Origin: Girardia tigrina
Taxonomy: Eukaryota
Direction of reading: 5' to 3'
DNA length: 60,267 nucleotides
Assembly: GCA_001938485.1 (NCBI GenBank)
Contig: MQRK01221906.1
Span: 1 to 60,267, forward strand
The number at the start of each line of letters is the position of its first letter. Position 1 is the stretch's first letter. The notes under the pieces are model-generated. The model saw only the letters and a program-made list of their open reading frames with translations, did no database searches and had not been told where the DNA came from. The translations under genes were made by a program, and so were the position numbers. Of the stretch, positions 51,751-60,267 are shown piece by piece.

Positions 51751-53223
51751 GTCCCAACAATTAATTGAATTGCTCGTGTGACATATAAAAGGAAGTTATT
51801 ATATTGAAAAAGAAAAGAAGAAAGTGAAGCATAAAGAGGATCGATACGATATAGTACGAGCAAAATATAATTTATATTTTCTGTAAAATATCTTTATATA
51901 TCCTTTTAAAATCAATTGGGTGGAAGAATTACCTTCTCCTAGTTTACTTAACTTATAAAATCCGTAAATAAGTTTAAGCTGTTTTTAAAAATATTTTCCA
52001 ATTGATTTATTGTATATTTTGTTAATAAATAACTAAATATATTTGAATATCACTTCATTGTTTTATTTCTCGTTAAATCGTCTTAAATTATCACCTACTA
52101 TGCCAACAATATCATCAAAACCAGAATTAAATAAACCAATCAAAATCGTGCATAACTCAAAATAAATACCTCGATCAAGTTGATGAACACCGAAAATTAC
52201 TGCGAATTAATAAACTTTGAACAACGCTTCGATAACTCAATAAGCTTTGAATAATTCTTCGATTAAATGTAAAATTGTAAAATTTTAACGCAAGTAAAAC
52301 GTAAAATAATGAAATCGTAAAAGTGGTAAATGGTGTGGCTAATAATGTGTGTCGTAAAAACTGTCGAAATTGTGCACAACTCCCGCGGGTGTTTATACCC
52401 TCCGGACGTGCGCATCTCTCTTGATGCACACTCGTCATCCTGTCAACTCGTTAATTTTGGTTACAGAATGCGAGGAAGGGAAGGTTGTGTTTATTCTGTA
52501 ATCTGTATCTTATCTCAAGATGTCGTCGTCTGTAACATCCGCAAAATGCACAGGATGCCGCTGGTCCGCTCTACAGGCATTTGCGACGTTCATCGTTGGT
52601 ATCGACAGGATGGAAGGAGATGAGAGTTTATTGCAATTCGGTAATTTACATTATTCTGACGTTAACTGTTTATAATTTTTTGTTCAGGATGTCTGTTCGA
52701 TACCTATCGCGAAAATAAACAGAGCGGATTTTTCGTGATTTACACTGAACATTTTTGGTAATTTTTTAATTAATAGAATTAAAGTTTGTTAATTTCTATT
52801 TTGTTTTTAAAGGACTTCAAAAGGTTCTCTAAGAGGTCTCGCCAACATCTTCTGACCAATCCGGGTTTTACGAGCACTCTCAAGACGCGCCCGCAGATCT
52901 CTCCGGACCTCGCCACTTCGTAACAGGAATAGTCGAGTTTGACTATCCCCAAACTTCACAATAATTCTGTACTCACGGGGTGGTGTAGTGGATGGAAAGG
53001 GGTCTGGTGTGAGGTATAAACATCTGTCATATTGCTCGTATTCACGTAAACGTCGATCGTAACACAAATAAAAAAGAAAATGAAAGAACCAACAAATTCA
53101 ATATCGGAAAACCAACCTTAAAAGAATTTATATCTTGAGACTGTTAGAACTAGCGAAGTTTACAGGAAGCCAAAGGAATACTAATATTGGGGAGTGATGG
53201 TCAAAAGCAATATGCCTGAGAAG

Positions 53224-53930
53224 CAGTGGCGGATTTAGGTATAAGACTGGGGAGGCAACAGCCCCCCACGCTCCTGTTGGATTCTAAATGGCGCCCCCAA
53301 GATGAATTTTATAAATGTATAGTTTTGTGTACAAGAATTAGCTGCATTATGATTAAGTTTCATCCTTAACACTGACACAAGGTCTGTGATGCAGAAGAAC
53401 TAAATGGATTGGTTTGGTATGTATTATTAACGTGTTCACTGCAACATATTGCTGCTGATGCTTTGTTATTAGTAATATTACCATGTCGTGTTGTTAGACA
53501 TAGATGATGCAGTAGGCTAGCAGGCATAATATTTTTGAGCAGTGAGGAATACTACTGAGACTTAAGATTTCACTTTACACTTGCTGCTTGTACAAGTTTT
53601 GTTTGTAAGTTCAACGGGGGTTAATACACTCCAGTTACCATTCTACACTACAGCCATTTATTAATATTAAATATATCCGGCCTGAGTAAACCCAAATATT
53701 TTTAAAAGTCTGTTAAAATGACGGGTCAACAAAACTTCATTATTTTTAATAGTTATTTATTTTTTGGTGCAGCCTACCGCTGGAACAACATAGCGGGAAG
53801 CGTACAAATCGTTTATATTATAGTATTTACTCAATATTAAAATTAATAGGGCTAGTACTACCTTTATCCTTTTTGGCGCCCCTGAAAGTTTTCTCGCTCC
53901 TCCATGCACCAAAATCTAAATCTGCCACTG
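53224..53930. mobile_element. hAT MITE
   Basis: TIR cagtggcggatttag / ctaaatctgccactg; perfect 8-bp TSD ctgagaag. Confidence 0.92.
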
Positions 53931-56153
53931 CTGAGAAGATAAAGATATTAAATCCCCGATAGAGTTTGTTCGCAAAACACTTGATATAAAAAGAACATGT
54001 TGGGGAATACATATATTTTATTTTTATTTTTTTATTTTGTTTCAATTTAATTTAATAAATGTATATATAATAACAAAAGTTGTTAATATTTCCTTATTTA
54101 TATTTTATAAATTAAAAAAAAATATTAAATTATTTATATTAAAAAATAAATAAATTATAAATTGTTTATAAAAAAGTCCAAGGCCAAGAGGCCAAAGAAT
54201 TAAAAGAAGCCAAAATAAAGATGACTCGTCGGGAGTCAAAGTGTAAAAATTTAAAGTATAACTGACTCAGTAGGAGTCAAAGATCGAAAAATCATACTTG
54301 CAAAATTAAAGTCCACAGGATGCAGCAGATATATAAATACTGTCTCTAGAATGCGCAGTTGTTATTTTTTTTAATTTTTTGAAAAAGGCAAGGATAATCT
54401 AGAAGAAGAATCATTTCAAATTTTATTTGACAAGAAGATTTGAATTTTATTTGTTGAGAGTCAGGAAGAAATCTATTTTTATTGGAAGAAGCGGTTAAAA
54501 TTTTTCGAGAGCGTATTAAAATATTTGAGAACATTGGATTGGAATCAATTTACAGATTAGCTTAACCAGTTATTATAATCATATAACTAAAATTTAATAT
54601 TTAATTTTCCAAATTAAATTTGATGAAATCATATTTCCTATTTACATATTAAAATCCTCATTAAACTTAATTTATTAATTGGAGAACTCTGATTTGTGAA
54701 AAATCAATCGATATAGGCAATCTTTCATCTTTATTTATTTATATTTTCTACTATTGTAAAAATTGTAATAGTAAAATAAATCTTATTAAAAATAAATCTG
54801 TTGCCTTTTAATTATTGAATTTAGTAAAATTAGTAAAATTTCTCTAAATAATTAAACACTTACAATCAAATTTTTGGTTTTAACCTTCAATCTTAATCTA
54901 AAGACCTTACCTCTCTAGGAAAACCACCTAGAAAGGCGAACCAGAGAAAGAAAAAATAATTTTGTTTGGTTTCCGAAAGTTTATTATACTTCTCCGGAGA
55001 CCCAACAAACATATAGAATTTCACTTCTAGTTATTTGTTTTCAAATTAAATTTGGTAAATAATTGTACAACTTGCTTCTTCTGTTGCCAAAACAATATAA
55101 AAATATTTCTCGTGAAATTGATCAAATCTTTTTTTGAAAATCCCGTAACTGTTTTTTTAATTATTTATTTTTAAGAATTTATGGCTTCATTTTAAAGTTT
55201 AATCGATGCTTTAAATTGTATGTCTTGGTACATTTATAAAAAATATTGTAAAGGAAAAATACAGATTCTAAACCAAAACTCATATCAAACAGTTCGAAAA
55301 CAAATGTAATCGTTTTCAAAAAACACTTACATGTTTTTAAAAATATTTAAGCAACCGTTATTGGATGTTTAGTCTCAGAATTCACATTAAAAAAATTTTA
55401 ACGTTAAAAATTTTAAGTGATTTAAATAAGTATCGTTGATTTCAGTCAAATGAAATTTTGGACTGAAAATATTTGTTTAAATATTCTCGAAATTGTAGCA
55501 ATATTTGAATATTTCATGCCGCCGGAAAAAAATATTATTCATTTAGGTAAAATCACTTTCATTTCTATGATTTTTGCATTAATTAAATATCAACTCTAAA
55601 ATATTTTTACAAATAATTTTATGACGTAATTATTATTTTTATTTTCGATATTTTCCAAACGTTTTATTTGATGATGTTCAAGCGGATGTTCATATCGTTC
55701 ATTGGTGGAATTTAATAGTACGGATTTATCGAAATTTTCTAGAGTCAAAATTTATTTTTTATCAAATCTTACGTAATTATAAACATATTTTCGTTTTACC
55801 ACATTTTGTTTTGTCAAAAAAATGAATGAAAATAAAATAATTAATAATTTAAAAAAATAATTTTTACAATTAATACTTATTATTTACTATTAAAATTTTA
55901 TAATTTATAAAAAATTGTTATTATTTGTTTTATTTTGTGAAAATATTTTTAGTATCTAAAATAAGCTTTAATTAATATAAGTTTTGAGGTAAAATATTTA
56001 AAATTTATTCTGGCCCTCACCGGACCTCAATCTGCATGTTTAAAACAATTTCTAATTGTTGCCACTAATAAAATTTTTCCAAAAATTTACAAAAAAAGTA
56101 ATAAATCTTTGAGATTTAATTGTTTATAGCTCAAGAATGTATCAAAATCAGGT

Positions 56154-56270
56154 TTTAACAACATCAAACCCTAACAAAAAAGACAAAGACCCACTAAACA
56201 CACAACTTCCCACTAAAACAACTAAACCAAAATAAAAAAAACCTAACACAATTAACAAACCAAAAATCAT
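56154..56270 (-). pseudogene. nad5: Start of the next mitochondrial gene, possibly nad5 (truncated)
   Basis: ATG overlaps the nad6 TAA; hydrophobic MIFGLLIVLGFFYFGLVVLVG...; identity inferred from position only. Confidence 0.35.
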
Positions 56271-56794
56271 TAATCTATTTTAAATTCTAACACAACCAAA
56301 ACACCCCCCCTAACTCCAACCAACCAATCGAACACCCCCCCCAAAAAAGAAGTCAAACAGCCAACCAAAAAAATAGTCATCATCAAAATTACAGAAATTA
56401 CAAAAACAACGCATACCCCACTAACCCTAAACACTAAATAAGAACACTCCTCTACAACCATATAAGAAACCACATCCACAACCCCAAGCCAAAAAAACCC
56501 AAACCACCCAACCCTAACCAACCCCAACAACATATACAACTTACCAAACTTCCCCACTCACAAAGACCCAACATTTGAATTTAATGCAATAACATAAAAA
56601 AACAAAACCAACAACCCCCCAACATACATAAGAAAAAACAAAAAACCATACCACAACCTATTGAACAAACACAAAGTAAACAAAACAAAAAAACAAAAAA
56701 CCAACAAAAACACCCCCATCCTCATAGCTCTAGCACTAAAAAAAACCAACAAACAACCAACAAACATTACAAATACAAATAAACCAACCAACAT
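56270..56794 (-). pseudogene. nad6: Mitochondrial NADH dehydrogenase subunit 6 copy, intact in the mitochondrial code
   Basis: WYGFLFFLMYVGGLLVLFFYVIAL signature; two track ORFs join through one in-frame TGA (Trp) at 56558-56560. Confidence 0.88.
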
Positions 56795-58717
56795 TCCTAC
56801 ACACTTTAAATCCCTAAAAACACCTAATAAGTTAAAATCCAACAAACTTACACCAACAAAAAAATTAACTTTTCACACCCCCCCAATTACACCTAAATTC
56901 ACCAATTAAAAAACTACCTCAAACCTTATAAAAACAAACCAAACCCCCCCCCAAACCTCCAATCCCAACACCCCCTCTCAAACCAAAAATTCTAAACATC
57001 TCAAAATAACCTTTCTCTCAACCCCCACAACCCAAACCATCAAAATAGAAAACCACATACCTAAACAGACATAATTACCATAAATACCACAAATTCACAT
57101 TCTAACTATATTACAACTCTTAAACTACTCTATCCCACAACACCCAAACCTTTCAAACACACCCTTATTTTCCCCACAAAATAATAAACTAATCTTTTCT
57201 ATCCAGCCCTAATTGAAACTCATTAAAATTTAAAGAAAAATAACAAACTCTATTTATTATACCTAACACAATTACACAAAACCTCAATAACTAAACCCAA
57301 AAAACCCACAAACGAATTCCAAAAAAAACTTTCAACCCCCCCACAAAAAAAATCTTATAAAAATACACAAAAAAACATCAATAATAAAAAAACCCTCCCC
57401 CTTCACATAAAGTAAAAAAATCAACATCCTTTCCCCACAAAACCCCATTAAATTCACAAAAACCAACAATCCAATCTTTAAACAACCCACACAATATTAA
57501 AAAACAAAATAAAAAACCACAAATCATACAAAACCATAAAACACACCTAAAAATATCAAACAATTCATTAATCCCCCCCCATCCACAAACAAATCTTGCA
57601 AAACTTTAACCCCACTAACATAGGGAAATACTTTCTTCCACAATCCACTATATCAGAGTGGCCTACTTAACAACCTCTTTCTCGCAGTCCTCATATCACA
57701 ACAACACCCCCCACACAATTCCCCCAACCCCTCAAAAGCCCACCAAAAAAAAGACACTAACCTTCCTTCCTTTCTTTAAACATCAAAATAATAAAAACAA
57801 ATAAACTTTCATTCTATCATTATCAAAACCTAAAATATTAAATCCTTCAAATTATTTAAAAATGATATAAAACTAGATCCAACAGAAGAAAAAAATCCCC
57901 CCACAGAACCAAAAACAACCACCCCCAGAAGAAACATCTAAAGACTCCAAACCCCCTTAACTCCCACATCCTCGAAAAGCCCTTCAAAACCAGAATAGGA
58001 GGACAATCCCCCTTAAAAATACAAATACTGTGACGGCCAGGACCGCCAACGACCTGCCCCCACACCATCAGGACACAATTCAGCAAACTCTCGCTCACGC
58101 GCAAGTCTCTCCCTCTTCAGAAACATAAAATCTTATAACCTTGTACTTATAAGCATTCAGTATATACTGTCCAACACTATCAACCCCCACCACCAAACAT
58201 CACAACAAACACTCCAACCATCATCTAAACGCTTACACAACCAATTCATAGCCCAACCAGGCCCCGTCGGCGGGTGATCTGGATCAACCATTTACATAAT
58301 TCCTAAAACCAACAATCGCATTCCAACCCTCAAACTCACAATAATCATCATCAGAAACATCACCCATACCTACTCCCTTGGAATCTGCCCAACAGGTACC
58401 ATCGAATAAAACAACTTAAAACTAAAAAAAAGAACAAAAAAACTTCCACACCTTCTTAACCAATCCTAAAAAAACTCATAAAAACAATAGAACAAGTAAA
58501 TGAACCAACAAAAAACACATACCACTATACATACCACACCTCACACAATGATTGCAAACAACCACAAAAGCCACCAAACAGAAAAAATAAAAGTACGTAA
58601 ACCCAAACCCTTTAAATACCACAAACATCGCAAAACAAAACAATAAAAAAAACAATCCAACTAAAACCAAACAACCACCAAACCCTAAAAAAATCCCATA
58701 AATTCCCCCCACTATCT

Positions 58718-58975
58718 ATAAACAACTTACCCAACTCCCCCACTCACAAAGACCTTAATTGTATTTAATGTAATAACATAAAAAAAACAAAACTAACAAC
58801 TCCCCAACATAATATAATAAAAAATAAAAAACCACTCCACAACCCCTATCAAACAAACAAAAAGTAAACAAAACAAAAAACCAACAAAAACACCCCCCAT
58901 CCTCATAGCTCTAATACTAAAAAAAACCAACAAACAACCAATAAACATTACTTACTAATATAAATAAACCAACAT
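58718..58975 (-). pseudogene. nad6: Second, diverged, frameshifted and 3'-truncated nad6 copy
   Basis: Aligns to ~56535-56794 with many substitutions and indels; homology continues upstream to the gap. Confidence 0.8.
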
Positions 58976-59309
58976 TTTCACCACACTTCTAAGCCATAAA
59001 AAACACCTCTTAAATAAATAAATTGAAATTCAACAACAACTTCACCACAAAAAAGAAAACTTTATATGCTCACAATTACACCAAACTTACCCTAAAACAA
59101 CCTTCCCCANNNNNNNNNNNNNNNNNNNNNNNNNNNNNNNNNNNNNNNNNNNNNNNNNNAAACTTTATTATAAAATTTAAAGACAAATTTTTTATTATAT
59201 ATAATATATTATATATTAATATAATATAATTATAAAAAACCTAATAAAATATCAAAAACCAACCAACCCCCCCAACCAACACAAATAACACCCTTTTACT
59301 AAACAACTC

Positions 59310-59395
59310 CAACTAAGTACAATCAAACCCACTCAATACCCTCTAACTGCAAACTAGAAATTCTCTTCACTAACTCTTAATAAACTATAAAGTTC
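59310..59395 (-). tRNA. trnA: Mitochondrial tRNA-Ala(TGC)-like sequence
   Basis: Anticodon arm tctag-tttgcag-ttaga; other arms are weak. Confidence 0.35.
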
Positions 59396-59466
59396 CCAAT
59401 CAAACAAAAACTTAAAAAATCAACAAACCTCTTCACTAAACTTCATAAACCTCCTTTTCCCCCTTC

Positions 59467-59730
59467 TTACCCCAAACCTTCTACACACACAGGCATCATC
59501 GAATGGCCTACACCACAAATCTCCACACATCTGCCATAATACTTCCCAGGAACATTAAAAAATATAAAACCTTGATTATAACGACCCGGAACACAATCCA
59601 TCTTCATAGCCAATTCTGGAATACAATACCTATGCACCACATCTCTCGACGAAAACAAAAAACGAATTACTTGCCCAATCAAAATAAATAAAGGAACATC
59701 CACCTCCAAATGCCGAAACCCTTTCTCATT
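59467..59730 (-). pseudogene. cox2: Mitochondrial cytochrome c oxidase subunit II, 3' part
   Basis: GFRHLEVD..., DVVH(S), KMDCVPGR.NQ, CuA motif CVEICGVGHSMMP; AGA/AGG sit at conserved Ser positions. Confidence 0.92.
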
Positions 59731-60267
59731 GAAAATGACTTTGAATATTTTAAAAAATTCCTTGGTCTAGTGGTTGAATTCATCTTGCAAATTCTGAGAT
59801 AAATACACGTAATCATGTTTAGATCAATTTTTATTTTATTAGTTGGGCTATTATCAACCATAAGAGCAATTTTTTCCATTTTGTTCTAATTCTATATCAC
59901 ATTCAAGAAGCCAAGAATTAAGTATCTGAAAACTCATCCTTCATTTTATAGAGTATTTATAATTAACGAATTCATTTTTACAAGCTTTTATTACGTTTCG
60001 TTTGTTTGTTTGTCTGTATGGATCAAATCTTGCGATCGAAATTTCACCCACTTCCCGTTGTGCTGGTGACTTGAAATTTTCAAGAGTGATGTATTCTAGA
60101 TGACAATACACTTTTCCTTGAAAATTTTTGAAAAAAAATATTTTTTTAAATTTATGTTGCAAAAAAACCACTTACGATTATCTACAAATTTATACACTGT
60201 ATTACATAGCAATCTTTTTGTTTATTTTCATGAATAAAATTCAAACTCTACCAAATTACCAAATCAT

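Larger units (their letters stand above)
56152..59735 (-). other. Mitochondrial-derived block (NUMT, or mis-assembled mtDNA)
   Basis: Abrupt switch to extreme strand skew (C/A-rich +, G/T-rich -); contains nad6 twice, the cox2 3' end and a tRNA-like fold. Confidence 0.9.

Noticed and set aside
58270-58290. Similarity to the mitochondrial large-rRNA gtgatctgagttcagacc motif
   Set aside because: Short, on the opposite strand from all mitochondrial genes here, and no other rRNA motifs nearby.

Overview
AT-rich, transposon-dense nuclear DNA from an invertebrate animal, with several assembly gaps (N runs). A flatworm such as a planarian is plausible from the GLI 'GESWSDR' motif, the AGR=Ser/TGA=Trp mitochondrial code and nad6-nad5 adjacency, but this is not proven. 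The one clearly intact host gene is an unusually compact spliced GLI/Ci zinc-finger gene (+, ~8.6-15.5 kb, 6 coding exons). There is also a small TM/PPxY protein gene (~33.7 kb) and an orphan 157-aa ORF (~51.1-51.6 kb) beside a 78-nt hairpin. Most of the rest is nested mobile DNA: Ty3/Gypsy remnants, solo-LTR-like repeats, hAT/piggyBac/Tc1 MITEs with TIRs and TSDs, a MULE/Foldback element, a Mos1-like mariner, RTE/CR1/Penelope remnants, and a LINE with three C-terminal C2H2 fingers. The most notable unexplained items are: (i) a 1.2-kb insertion inside a Gypsy pol that carries the HEATR5 N-terminal coding sequence and ends in a 17-bp GNRA hairpin; (ii) a decayed KH-domain + ubiquitin chimera; (iii) a 3.6-kb mitochondrial-derived block with intact nad6, a diverged second nad6, the cox2 3' end and ~1.8 kb of mitochondrial-like ORFan sequence. 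All calls were made by eye, and boundaries of decayed elements are approximate.
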